From assembly GCA_934120265.1 (NCBI GenBank), contig CAKOTU010000001.1:69395-133394 (forward strand): 64,000 nucleotides of DNA, given 5' to 3'. Source of the stretch: an uncultured Bacilli bacterium (lineage in GTDB: Bacteria; Bacillota_I; Bacilli_A; RF39; UBA660). The notes beneath the pieces were generated by a model. The model made no database searches. It was not told the origin of the DNA and was given only the letters and a program-made list of their open reading frames with translations. Below are positions 9,413-19,152 of the stretch, piece by piece (the stretch's first letter is position 1; every line of letters begins with the position of its first letter). The position numbers and the translations under genes are program-made.

Positions 9413-10432
9413 ATGACAAGAAGAGAAATAACAGAAAAGAACAAGGCATTAATAGAAAAAATTTTGCTGTATTACGAGTCTGATAATAGTGAATTATTAA
9501 ATTTGTTTGATACTTTTTCTTTAATATCCAATGATTACCTTTATGAATTTTATCAAGAAATACCTGATGATGGATTTCAGTTTGATTATGAAAAGATGGA
9601 CGTTAGAGATACTATTAAACTAGTTCGTGACTTTCTTGGCGGAATTGATAAAGAATATCTAGATATTTTTGATAAAGCTCTTAATAATGGTATTTTTGAA
9701 TTATTTTTACCAGAAGATAATCTTAGTGAAAGACCAGATGCACCAATTACTTATCCAAAACCAGAAGCAGTTATTTATGTGCCGATTCAACATAATATAA
9801 CTGATGGTTCAATTATTGTTCATGAATTTTTTCACTATTTAAATGATAGTGATGATGTAGGCGTAAATAGATATATATTTACTGAAATGATTTCTATATA
9901 TTTTGAGCTTAGATATTGCCAGTACTTAGTTACTAGAGGAATAAGTAAAAACGCTTTTAGTAAAGAAGTTTGTAATAGATTAAGTAATGTTTTAATTGCG
10001 AGTGATGTTTTGAGTTTTACAAGTTCAACGTTAGATATATATTATAATACTGGAAAAATAAATAGAGAAAATATTGATTTTCTAAATAAATTTCGTAAAA
10101 TTTATAAAATTAATAAAAAGAATCTAATCGATTTTTACCATGATCCAAACTTTTCTGATGATATGTTAGAGTTTGAGAGTGATATTAGTTATGTAGTTGG
10201 GTCTTTACTTGCACTTAGTGCACTAAATGAAACTGAAGTCAGTGATATAAAAATGAAATATATAAATGAAAACATAAATCAAATGAGTTTGAAAGATGTT
10301 TTTGGAACTTTTCAAACTAGTTTAGATGAATATCAGAAATGGCTAAAAGTATGTAAAAAAAATTTAAAGAAAGCAATGAGTGATGTATATGGAAAAAGTT
10401 ATAGTTATAGTAGGACCAACGGCAGTAGGTAA
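9413..10432 (+). CDS. Putative HExxH zinc metallopeptidase (family unassigned)
   Basis: IVHEFFHYLND motif. 339 aa. The 3' end overlaps the miaA start by ~44 nt. Confidence 0.5.
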   Translation: MTRREITEKNKALIEKILLYYESDNSELLNLFDTFSLISNDYLYEFYQEIPDDGFQFDYEKMDVRDTIKLVRDFLGGIDKEYLDIFDKALNNGIFELFLPEDNLSERPDAPITYPKPEAVIYVPIQHNITDGSIIVHEFFHYLNDSDDVGVNRYIFTEMISIYFELRYCQYLVTRGISKNAFSKEVCNRLSNVLIASDVLSFTSSTLDIYYNTGKINRENIDFLNKFRKIYKINKKNLIDFYHDPNFSDDMLEFESDISYVVGSLLALSALNETEVSDIKMKYINENINQMSLKDVFGTFQTSLDEYQKWLKVCKKNLKKAMSDVYGKSYSYSRTNGSR

Positions 10433-11282
10433 AACAAAACTTAGCATTGAGCTTGCTAAAAAATTAAATGGTGAAATTATAAATGCTGATAGTACTCAAG
10501 TCTTTAGGGGACTTGATATAGCTACTGCTAAAGTAACCAATGATGAAAAAGAAAATATTGTTCATCATTTGATTGATATAAAAAATATAACAGATGATTA
10601 TACCGTTTATGATTATCAAAAAGATGCAAGAAACTGTATCGATGATATATTAAAAAGAGGTAAAACTCCTATCTTAGTTGGAGGAACAGGATTATATATA
10701 AAAGCTTGTTTATATGATTATAAATTTGATGAAGAAAACAAAAATACAAACGAGTATTTAGATTTTAGTAACGATGAATTATATGAAATGTTACTAAAGA
10801 TAGATCCCAAAACCGAAATTCATAAAAATAATCGAAAAAGAGTAGTTAGAGCAATAAATTATTATAATGAAAATAAAAGACCATTAAGCTCTAAAGAAAA
10901 AACTGATAAAGAATTATACGACACTATTTATATTGGATTAACAACAGATAGACAAATTTTATATGATCGTATAAATAAAAGAGTAGATATAATGATTGAA
11001 AATGGTTTATTAGAAGAGGCAAAAAAAATATATGAATCTAATATTCGTACTAAAGCTATTTTAACTCCGATTGGATATAAAGAATTGTTTCCTTATTTTT
11101 CACATGAAAAAAGTTTAGAAGAATGTATAGAATTAATTAAAAAAAATAGCAGAAGATACGCAAAAAGACAATATACTTGGTTTAATAATCAAATGAATAT
11201 AAAATGGTTTAATACAGATTTTAATAATTTTGGTAATACTGTTATGGAAGTTGAAGAGTACATAAAAAATGTTAAGCACTAG
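10389..11282 (+). CDS. miaA: tRNA dimethylallyltransferase
   Basis: MEKVIVIVGPTAVGKTKLSIELAKKLNGEIINADSTQVFRGLDI...GGTGLY. Confidence 0.9.
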   Translation: MEKVIVIVGPTAVGKTKLSIELAKKLNGEIINADSTQVFRGLDIATAKVTNDEKENIVHHLIDIKNITDDYTVYDYQKDARNCIDDILKRGKTPILVGGTGLYIKACLYDYKFDEENKNTNEYLDFSNDELYEMLLKIDPKTEIHKNNRKRVVRAINYYNENKRPLSSKEKTDKELYDTIYIGLTTDRQILYDRINKRVDIMIENGLLEEAKKIYESNIRTKAILTPIGYKELFPYFSHEKSLEECIELIKKNSRRYAKRQYTWFNNQMNIKWFNTDFNNFGNTVMEVEEYIKNVKH

Positions 11283-11298
11283 TCTTAACATTTTTTTT
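11271..11298 (+). terminator. Hairpin plus T-run at the miaA stop, embedded in the 3' codons of convergent rnj
   Basis: GTTAAG-cactagt-CTTAAC followed by ATTTTTTTT. miaA and rnj overlap convergently by 11 nt. Confidence 0.45.
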
Positions 11299-12960
11299 AA
11301 TATCCATTATAACGGGTAAGATAATTGGTTTTCTTCCAGTTTTTTCTAATATAGTGGCTGAAAGAGTAGTGATTATTTCAGATTTTATTTCATTATAATT
11401 TACATGATTATTAATTTTAGAATTAATAGCACGTTTACTAACTTCTTCTAACTCTTTTAATAATTCAATATTATCATTTACTAAAACAAAACCACGTGTT
11501 GTTATATTAGGATTTCCTAATAATTTATTTTGTTCTGTATCAATATTAGCAATAACAACAACAATACCATCACCAGACATAATCTTTCTATCTTTCATAA
11601 CCGCATTACTTACTTCACCAATACGATTACCATCTACATAAATATCTCCAGCTTGCACAGTACCCATTTTAGTAATTTTACCTTTTTTAATAGATAATAC
11701 TTCACCATTCTTCATAACGAAAGTATTTTCTCTTGGGATTCCACAATCAACAGCTATATCAGTATGTTTTTTTAACATTCTATATTCACCGTGAAAAGGC
11801 ATAAAATATTTAGGTTTTATTAAATGCAACATAAGTTTTAATTCTTCTTCGTTACCATGCCCAGAAGTATGTATATCACTAAGTGAAGTATTGGTGTAAA
11901 CTTTTACTCCTTGTAAATATAATTTGTTTATTGTTCTAGATATACTTAAAGCGTTTCCTGGAATAGCAGAAGAAGAGAATACTACTAAATCGTTTGGTTG
12001 TATTTTTATTTGTTTATGACTACCGTTAGCAATTCTACTCAAAGCGGCTAGTGGTTCACCTTGACTACCTGTGCAAAGTAAACATACTTTATTAGGAGGA
12101 AGATGATTTGCTTCATCTGGTGTTACAAACATCTCTTTACCCTTGATATATCCACCTTCGATAGAAATCTCAATATTATTATCCATGCTTCTTCCAAATA
12201 CAGCAATCTTACGATCGTGTCTTTTACATGTTTCAACAATATGTTTTAAACGATATATATTAGATGCAAATGTTGCAATAATAATTCTTCCTTGATGTCT
12301 ATCAAAAATTTCTGATAGAGCTTCATCAACTTTTGATTCACTTGCACTCATACCAGGGCTTAAAGCATTAGTACTATCACTTAAAAGTAAAGTGACTCCT
12401 TTTTCTCCAATACGTGCCATTTTATGTAAATTAGCCATTGGACCAATTGGTGTAAAATCAAATTTAAAATCTCCGGTTGTAACAATAGTTCCATTAGGAG
12501 TATGGATACATATTCCATGAGAATCAGGAATAGAGTGAGTAGTTCTAAAGAATTCTACTTCCATAGTCTTAAACTTAACTCTAGTATCTTCTGTATATAC
12601 TTTTAAATTATCGTATCTAATATTTCGATCTTCTAATTTTCTTCTGATTAAACCAGCAGCTTGATTTGGTGCATATATCACCGGAATATTTACTGCTTGT
12701 AATAAAAATGGTATACCACCAATATGATCTTCATGCCCGTGAGTTATAAATAAACCCTTAATCTTATGTTCATTTTTCTTTAAAAAAGTAAAATCAGGAA
12801 TAACATAATCAACGCCTAGTACTTCTCCTTGTGGAAAAATTATACCAGCATCAGTTATAATAATTTCATTACCCGTCATAACACAATACATGTTTTTCCC
12901 AACTTCGCCAAGTCCACCTAAAGCAAATACTTTAGTGTCTGACTCATCAAAAAATTTCAT
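11272..12960 (-). CDS. rnj: Ribonuclease J
   Basis: Metallo-beta-lactamase motif ITHGHEDHIGG plus beta-CASP and C-terminal domain. 562 aa. Confidence 0.9.
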   Translation of the reverse strand: MKFFDESDTKVFALGGLGEVGKNMYCVMTGNEIIITDAGIIFPQGEVLGVDYVIPDFTFLKKNEHKIKGLFITHGHEDHIGGIPFLLQAVNIPVIYAPNQAAGLIRRKLEDRNIRYDNLKVYTEDTRVKFKTMEVEFFRTTHSIPDSHGICIHTPNGTIVTTGDFKFDFTPIGPMANLHKMARIGEKGVTLLLSDSTNALSPGMSASESKVDEALSEIFDRHQGRIIIATFASNIYRLKHIVETCKRHDRKIAVFGRSMDNNIEISIEGGYIKGKEMFVTPDEANHLPPNKVCLLCTGSQGEPLAALSRIANGSHKQIKIQPNDLVVFSSSAIPGNALSISRTINKLYLQGVKVYTNTSLSDIHTSGHGNEEELKLMLHLIKPKYFMPFHGEYRMLKKHTDIAVDCGIPRENTFVMKNGEVLSIKKGKITKMGTVQAGDIYVDGNRIGEVSNAVMKDRKIMSGDGIVVVIANIDTEQNKLLGNPNITTRGFVLVNDNIELLKELEEVSKRAINSKINNHVNYNEIKSEIITTLSATILEKTGRKPIILPVIMDIKKNVKTSA

Positions 12961-13094
12961 AAATTCTCCTTTCTTTTTTTTATTAACAAAAAATTTGACT
13001 TAATAATTATACCTTTTTTTTTGAAATTTGTCTACTATTTGACAAAAATAATATTTTGGTATATAATACGCAGTACCTAAGGGGGAATGTGTAT

Positions 13095-13730
13095 ATGAAA
13101 TATAGTATTGAAGGAATTGAAAAGTCAAGAGTTATTAAGTCTACTCAAATTATAAACAAAAAGGCTTACGGTCGTGCTATTATCGTTAATTATTTAGATG
13201 GTTCACAAGATGTTTTTGATTTAAATGAAGAAAATCTAAAGAAAATTGAGGAAATTGCTGAAGAACAAGGTAAAAGATTTGTTTCAAAAAAAGGGAAAGC
13301 TTTAAAGCCTTGGAAAATTATTTTAAATATTTGTTTAATGCTTTTAGGCATAATGCTAGTATGTTTAGCATCATCACTTATTGTTGAAGGAGCTACACTA
13401 GTTAGTGCTATAGCAGGATTAACATCGGTATCATTAGGATTAATGGCAGGTATTTCTGCTATTAGTGCTAAAAGTAAGGAAAAATATATAAAGAAGTATC
13501 AATTATATTTTGAACAAGTTAAAGATAAATTAAACGATTATCAACAAATATTAGAAAAAGAAAAGCAATTACTTAACCAAAAGAATAATGAACCAGTTAA
13601 ATTAAATAGTATTTTAGACTTAGATAGTATATCATTATCACAAGTAGAAAGTATTAACGAAAAAGTAGATCGTTACTATAAGGTTGATAAGCAAAAAGTA
13701 AAAAAATTAGAAAACCCTAGTTTCCACTAG
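13095..13730 (+). CDS. Hypothetical membrane protein
   Basis: GGGGGA RBS. Central pair of TM helices and coiled-coil-like C-terminus. No family recognised. Confidence 0.45.
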   Translation: MKYSIEGIEKSRVIKSTQIINKKAYGRAIIVNYLDGSQDVFDLNEENLKKIEEIAEEQGKRFVSKKGKALKPWKIILNICLMLLGIMLVCLASSLIVEGATLVSAIAGLTSVSLGLMAGISAISAKSKEKYIKKYQLYFEQVKDKLNDYQQILEKEKQLLNQKNNEPVKLNSILDLDSISLSQVESINEKVDRYYKVDKQKVKKLENPSFH

Positions 13731-13785
13731 AGTTTTTCTTTTTTTTAGTGTAAAATGTAATTAGAAACTACAAAGGATGTGGCAT

Positions 13786-14781
13786 ATGGGATTATTTGAT
13801 AAATTTAAAAATATTTTTACTGGAAATAAAGAAGAAAAAAAAGATTTAGATTTATATACAAGTGGATTAGAAAAAACAAGAAAAGAATTTGTTTCTAAGC
13901 TAACAATTTTAAATCACAAATATACAAAAGTAGATGATAGTTACTTTGATGAATTAGAAGAAATATTAATTATGGCTGATATTGGTGTTAATACAGTTAT
14001 GAATCTAATTGATAAATTAAGAACTAGAGTAAAAAAGGAACATATCGAAGATACAAAAGATTTGATGGAAGTAATTGTAGATGAGATGTTTATAATTTAT
14101 GTTAATAATAATATTATTGTCAATAAGATAAATAAAGCCAGTGAAGGTCCAACAGTTGTACTTTTTGTTGGTGTTAATGGTGTAGGTAAAACTACAACTA
14201 TTGGTAAGATTGCTAATAAATTAAAGAATGATGGCAATAAAGTTCTCTTAGTTGCTGGTGATACTTTTAGAGCTGGTGCAGTTGAGCAACTAGAAGAATG
14301 GGGAACTAGAGTAGGATGTAAAGTAGTGTCTAAGATGGATGCTGATCCTGCTAGTGTTGTTTATGATGGACTTACAGAGGCTGTAAAAGAAAACTATGAT
14401 TATGTTTTAATCGATACTGCTGGTAGACTTCAAAATAAAGTTAACTTAATGAATGAGCTAGAAAAGATAAATAAAGTAATTGGTAAGATTATACCTGGTG
14501 CACCTCATGAGACATTACTTGTAATAGATGCAACTACTGGACAAAATGGTATAAGTCAAGCTAAGAGTTTTAAAGAAGTAACTAATATTACAGGAATTGT
14601 TTTAACAAAATTAGATGGTACTGCAAAAGGTGGAATAGTTTTGGCAATTAAGGATGAAGTTGATATTCCAGTTAAATTTGTAGGGTTAGGTGAACAAAAA
14701 GGTGATATTAGAGTATTTGATATAGAAAAATATATTTATGGATTATTTAAAGATATGGAGGAAGAATATGGAAAAGAATAA
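13786..14781 (+). CDS. ftsY: Signal recognition particle receptor FtsY
   Basis: GLFDKFK start, GVNGVGKTTTIGK, DTAGR and TKLDGTAKGG SRP-GTPase motifs. Confidence 0.92.
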   Translation: MGLFDKFKNIFTGNKEEKKDLDLYTSGLEKTRKEFVSKLTILNHKYTKVDDSYFDELEEILIMADIGVNTVMNLIDKLRTRVKKEHIEDTKDLMEVIVDEMFIIYVNNNIIVNKINKASEGPTVVLFVGVNGVGKTTTIGKIANKLKNDGNKVLLVAGDTFRAGAVEQLEEWGTRVGCKVVSKMDADPASVVYDGLTEAVKENYDYVLIDTAGRLQNKVNLMNELEKINKVIGKIIPGAPHETLLVIDATTGQNGISQAKSFKEVTNITGIVLTKLDGTAKGGIVLAIKDEVDIPVKFVGLGEQKGDIRVFDIEKYIYGLFKDMEEEYGKE

Positions 14782-15070
14782 TAAGAAAAAAGAAGTAAAT
14801 AAAAATGATTTAGCAATGAAAGATTTTATGGTTAACCAAGTAGGGTTACTTGTAGAATGTACTTTTGTTTTATTTGCAATAGCTGCTGGAATAGCTACTA
14901 TTTTTGAAGGTGAAATGTTAGTTATATTTGAACTTTTAATGGGATTTACATTATTAACGATGGCTTATAATAACTTAAAAGTTTATAAGAAAAAAATGTT
15001 TACAATTCCTTATTTTTTAGGAGCTGCTATAGCTTTCTTTGCTGCGCTTGAAATAATTTTAGGATTCTGA
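14768..15070 (+). CDS. Small hypothetical membrane protein
   Basis: GGAGGAAG RBS. Three predicted TM segments. Overlaps the ftsY stop by 14 nt. Confidence 0.4.
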   Translation: MEKNNKKKEVNKNDLAMKDFMVNQVGLLVECTFVLFAIAAGIATIFEGEMLVIFELLMGFTLLTMAYNNLKVYKKKMFTIPYFLGAAIAFFAALEIILGF

Positions 15071-15071
15071 T

Positions 15072-15365
15072 ATGGAAGAGAATATTTATTTAACAAAATT
15101 ATTTGATTATTATGGCTGTTTATTAACTGATAAACAGCAACAATATTTTACTGATTATTATATGGAAAATTTAAGTATAACAGAAATTAGTAAGAATAAT
15201 AGCGTTAGTAGAAATGCGGCTTACAAACAAATAAAGGATGCAGAAAGTAACTTGCTTAATTATGAAAGCAAGTTGCACTTAGCTGAAAAAGAAATTAAAA
15301 TAAAAGAATTACTAAATGGTATAAGTGAAAAAGAAATAAAAGAAGAAATATTAGATTTAATATAA
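15072..15365 (+). CDS. ylxM: YlxM/UPF0122 HTH protein (normally the SRP operon partner of ffh)
   Basis: LFDYYGCLLTDKQQQYFTDYYMENLSITEISKNNSVSRNAAYKQIKDAE matches the YlxM sigma-70 region-4-like pattern. Confidence 0.8.
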   Translation: MEENIYLTKLFDYYGCLLTDKQQQYFTDYYMENLSITEISKNNSVSRNAAYKQIKDAESNLLNYESKLHLAEKEIKIKELLNGISEKEIKEEILDLI

Positions 15366-15377
15366 AAGGGTGATATT

Positions 15378-17141
15378 ATGTTGGGTAAAGTAGTGTATGT
15401 TAGCGACAACGAAGTGCATGTAAGAGTACCAGAAGGATCTAATCTGGTAACAAACATTATTAATATACATGTTATTTTAGAAGATGAACAAAAGAGAGTA
15501 GTAGGAGAAGTTGTTGATATAACTGGTAATTTAATTAAAATTGGATTACTGGGTGAATATGTTGGTGATATTTTTTATACAGGTGTTATTAGAAAACCAA
15601 CTTTAAATGCTAAAATTAGAATTATCAATAATAGTGAATTATCAGAAATCACAGGAAAAAATGATATTGATAGTTTTTCACTAGGCGTTAGTCCCCTATA
15701 TAACAATTACCCTGTTTATGGTAATATTAATAAATTATTTAGTAATCACCTTGCTATTTTTGGTAATAGTGGTAGTGGTAAATCGTGCGGTGTTGCTAGA
15801 ATACTTCAAAATTTATTTTTAAATAAAAATATATTACCGTATAAAGCTAATTTTTTAATATTTGATGCATATGGAGAATACCATACAGCATTTAAAGATA
15901 TTGACAAGATAAATCCTAATTATCATTTTAAATACTATACAACAAATAAACGTGATAACAGTGGAGAAAAGCTTCGTATTCCAATTTATTTGTTTGATAT
16001 TAATGATATGGCATTACTTTTGTCGGCAACGGAGCATTCTCAACTTCCAATTATTGAAAAGATGTTAAAAATAGTTAATATTTTTGCTTCTAATAATGAA
16101 GTTTCTCTTGCATATAAAAATCATCTAATTGCAAAAGCTATTATAAATATTTTATATACTAATCAGACTTCTGCGTCTAAGAGAAATGATGCGTTTGCAA
16201 TAATTGCTACTTGTTCAACACCACAGTTTAATTTAAATGCCCCAGTTCAGGGATTAGGCTATACTCGTAAATTTAGAGATTGTTTTATGATTGACAGCAA
16301 CGGTAATTTTTCTGAAAGTAACCTACTTATGGAATATTTATCAAGCTTTGTAAGAGATGAATATGATAATTTAGATATCAGGGGAAAAAGTTTTTATACA
16401 TTTAAAGATCTAGAAAAAGCTTTGGAGTTTACTTTGATTTCTGAAGGTATGTTACATAATGAAAAAGTATATAGTGATGCAATAACATTAAAAGTAAGAC
16501 TTCATTCTTTAGTTATTGGAGAATATAGTCAATATTTTGAATATAATAGATTTATTTCTGCACAAGAATTTATATCAAATATCATGTCTTATAATGGAAA
16601 TGGAAAGGCCCAGATAGTTAATTTTAATTTTGAGGATGTAGATGATTGGTTTGCCAAAGTTATAACTAAATTTATGGTTAAATTATTGTTTGAGTTTTCT
16701 AAAAACTTAAATAATCGTGCTTCTGTTCCATTTAATATTTTCTTAGAAGAGGCTCATCGTTATGTTCAAAAAGACAATGACCAATATTTACTTGGCTATA
16801 ATATCTTTGAAAGAGTAGCTAAAGAAGGAAGAAAATATGGAATTATATTGAATTTAATTTCACAGAGACCTGTTGAACTTTCTGAGACAGTAATATCTCA
16901 AGTTTCCAATTTTTTAATTTTTAAATTAACACATCCGGTTGATATTGATTACATGAAAAAGATGTTACCAAATATTAATGCTAATATAATTGAAAAACAA
17001 AAGAGCTTACAAGCGGGTACTTGTGTAGCGTTTGGTAATGCTTTTAAAGTGCCTATTATAGTTCACTTTGAAATGCCTAATCCAGCACCTCAAAGTGGTA
17101 ATTGTAACGTTGTTTCAAACTGGCAAATAAAAAGTGAGTAA
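15378..17141 (+). CDS. HerA/DUF87-like P-loop ATPase
   Basis: N-terminal barrel-like segment. Walker A FGNSGSGKS, Walker B IFLEEAHRY, ISQRPVELSE...FLIFKLTHPVD block typical of HerA/FtsK-clade ATPases. Confidence 0.7.
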   Translation: MLGKVVYVSDNEVHVRVPEGSNLVTNIINIHVILEDEQKRVVGEVVDITGNLIKIGLLGEYVGDIFYTGVIRKPTLNAKIRIINNSELSEITGKNDIDSFSLGVSPLYNNYPVYGNINKLFSNHLAIFGNSGSGKSCGVARILQNLFLNKNILPYKANFLIFDAYGEYHTAFKDIDKINPNYHFKYYTTNKRDNSGEKLRIPIYLFDINDMALLLSATEHSQLPIIEKMLKIVNIFASNNEVSLAYKNHLIAKAIINILYTNQTSASKRNDAFAIIATCSTPQFNLNAPVQGLGYTRKFRDCFMIDSNGNFSESNLLMEYLSSFVRDEYDNLDIRGKSFYTFKDLEKALEFTLISEGMLHNEKVYSDAITLKVRLHSLVIGEYSQYFEYNRFISAQEFISNIMSYNGNGKAQIVNFNFEDVDDWFAKVITKFMVKLLFEFSKNLNNRASVPFNIFLEEAHRYVQKDNDQYLLGYNIFERVAKEGRKYGIILNLISQRPVELSETVISQVSNFLIFKLTHPVDIDYMKKMLPNINANIIEKQKSLQAGTCVAFGNAFKVPIIVHFEMPNPAPQSGNCNVVSNWQIKSE

Positions 17142-17229
17142 TCACTTTTTTTCTTGACATATTTTCAAATAAACATTACAATGGTAATAGGGTGAATAAT
17201 ATTCACTGAGTAGGAAATGGAGGAATAAA

Positions 17230-18783
17230 ATGAATAATATATCATTCTCCATTTTGCTAGTTTTAATTGGTCTTTTTGTAGGCGTTGTAGTATCGCTTAT
17301 AATTAATTATATTAGAGGTAATCTAGTAGCTAAAAAAGTTGAAAAAATGCTAGAAAAAGCAAAAAAAGATGCAGATAAAATAAAAAGAGATTATATTTTG
17401 GAAGCTAAAGAAGAATCACATAAATTAAAAATTGAAACAGATAAAGAAATAAAAGAAAAAAAAGCTGAAATAAGAGAATCGGAAGAACGTTTACTAACAC
17501 GTGAAAATAATATGGATAGACGTGATCAAACATTACAAAATCGTGAGCAAATGTTAGAAGAAAAAGAAAATAATATAATTAACAAACAAAAAGAACTCCA
17601 AAAAGAACAAGTGGAAGTGGAAGAAATAAAGAAACAACAAATTGATTTATTAGATAAAATTGCGGGATATTCTAAAAATCAAGCTAGAGAAATGGTACTA
17701 AAAAAAGTAGAAGAAATGATGAATTTAGAAATAGCCGCATATATTAAAGACCGTGAGGCACAAGCTAAATTAGAAGTTGATAAGAAAGCTAAAAGTTTAT
17801 TAGTTTCTAGTATGCAAAAGTATGCTAGTGATGTAGCTGGAGAACAAACTGTAACAGTTGTAAATTTACCAAATGATGATATGAAAGGCCGCATCATTGG
17901 TAGAGAAGGAAGAAATATTCGTACAATTGAAGCTGTAACTGGTGTTGATTTAATAATTGATGATACACCTGAAGCTATAGTTCTTTCTAGTTTTGATCCT
18001 TTAAGAAGAGAAATAGCTCGTGTTACAATTGAAACATTAATTAAAGATGGTAGAATTCATCCAACTAGAATTGAAGAGTTATATGATAAGGTTAGCCAAG
18101 ATATGAAAGCTAAAATATTAGAATATGGAGAAGAAGCTTTATTCGAATTAGGAATAACAAAAATGGATCCAGAACTTGTAGAAATTTTAGGTAAACTTCA
18201 TTTCAGAACAAGCTTTGGTCAAAATGCTTTGAAGCATTCAATAGAAGTTGCTAATTTAGCTGGTATAATGGCTTCAGAATTAGGAGAAAATGTTACTTTA
18301 GCAAAACGTGCAGGATTACTTCACGATATTGGTAAAGCAATAGATCATGAAGTTGAAGGTAGTCATGTTACTATAGGAGCAGAAATTGCTACAAGATTTA
18401 AAGAAAACGAAGTTGTAATTAACGCTATTGAATCACACCATGGGGATACAGCTCCAACTCATGTTATTTCTGAATTAGTTGCTATTGCAGATGCACTTTC
18501 CGCATCTCGCCCTGGAGCTCGTAATGATTCATTAGAAAACTATGTTAAGAGACTTCAAGATTTAGAAGCTATTGCTAAGGATATTGATGGAGTTGAAAAA
18601 ACATTTGCTGTTCAAGCAGGTCGTGAACTTAGAGTAGTAGTAGAACCTAAAAAAGTAGATGACTTAACAAGTTACAAGATAGCTCGTGATATTAAAAATA
18701 AGATTGAAGAGACACTTCAATATCCTGGAACTATTAAAGTAACTGTTATAAGAGAAACTAGAGCTATAGAAGAAGCAAAATAA
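17230..18783 (+). CDS. rny: Ribonuclease Y
   Basis: N-terminal TM, coiled coil, KH ([12 protein letters not shown]) and HD (LLHDIGKA) domains. Confidence 0.95.
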   Translation: MNNISFSILLVLIGLFVGVVVSLIINYIRGNLVAKKVEKMLEKAKKDADKIKRDYILEAKEESHKLKIETDKEIKEKKAEIRESEERLLTRENNMDRRDQTLQNREQMLEEKENNIINKQKELQKEQVEVEEIKKQQIDLLDKIAGYSKNQAREMVLKKVEEMMNLEIAAYIKDREAQAKLEVDKKAKSLLVSSMQKYASDVAGEQTVTVVNLPNDDMKGRIIGREGRNIRTIEAVTGVDLIIDDTPEAIVLSSFDPLRREIARVTIETLIKDGRIHPTRIEELYDKVSQDMKAKILEYGEEALFELGITKMDPELVEILGKLHFRTSFGQNALKHSIEVANLAGIMASELGENVTLAKRAGLLHDIGKAIDHEVEGSHVTIGAEIATRFKENEVVINAIESHHGDTAPTHVISELVAIADALSASRPGARNDSLENYVKRLQDLEAIAKDIDGVEKTFAVQAGRELRVVVEPKKVDDLTSYKIARDIKNKIEETLQYPGTIKVTVIRETRAIEEAK

Positions 18784-18795
18784 TGCTTCTTTTTT

Positions 18796-18828
18796 TTGCA
18801 ACAAAAAACCACACTTTATGGTGCGGTT
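18796..18828 (-). terminator. Intrinsic terminator for the Tyr-rich gene (minus strand)
   Basis: Minus strand reads AACCGCAC-cataaa-GTGTGGTT followed by TTTTTG. Confidence 0.5.
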
Positions 18829-18848
18829 GAGATTTCAATTTCAACTTT

Positions 18849-19100
18849 TTAGTAGTATCTATAGTATGGTTGGTAGTAAGGTGGGTAGTAGTAGTTATTG
18901 TAATAATAAGGCGGTCTGTTGTTGTTATACCCACCAAAGAATGCTGGAGCAATAGCTGCTCCTGTAACTCCTCCTAGTAAAAAAGGAAAAGCAAATCCTC
19001 CTACAAATCTATCATCACCTTTATTTGGCATTGACATAAAACCTTGGTTGATATTTGGTCGATAATTGTTGACTGGAAAATATGAATTTTGTGTATACAT
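18849..19100 (-). CDS. Small Tyr/Pro/Asn/Gly-rich protein, putative spore coat or structural protein
   Basis: AAAGGAGAA RBS before the ATG at 19100. C-terminal RPPYYYNNYYYPPYYQPYYRYY. Composition resembles Tyr-rich coat proteins. Confidence 0.5.
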   Translation of the reverse strand: MYTQNSYFPVNNYRPNINQGFMSMPNKGDDRFVGGFAFPFLLGGVTGAAIAPAFFGGYNNNRPPYYYNNYYYPPYYQPYYRYY

Positions 19101-19152
19101 AAAAATTCTCCTTTCATAATATAGTATGATATAAAGAAAAATAGGTGATAAT

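Noticed and set aside
18764-18952. 62-aa minus-strand ORF overlapping the rny stop and the Tyr-rich gene, and the longer 106-aa version (18849-19169) of the Tyr-rich ORF.
   Set aside because: The 62-aa ORF is an alternate frame of the repetitive Tyr-codon region. For the Tyr-rich gene, the internal ATG at 19100 has the only good RBS, and the longer form would run into the promoter and start of the divergent aminopeptidase gene.
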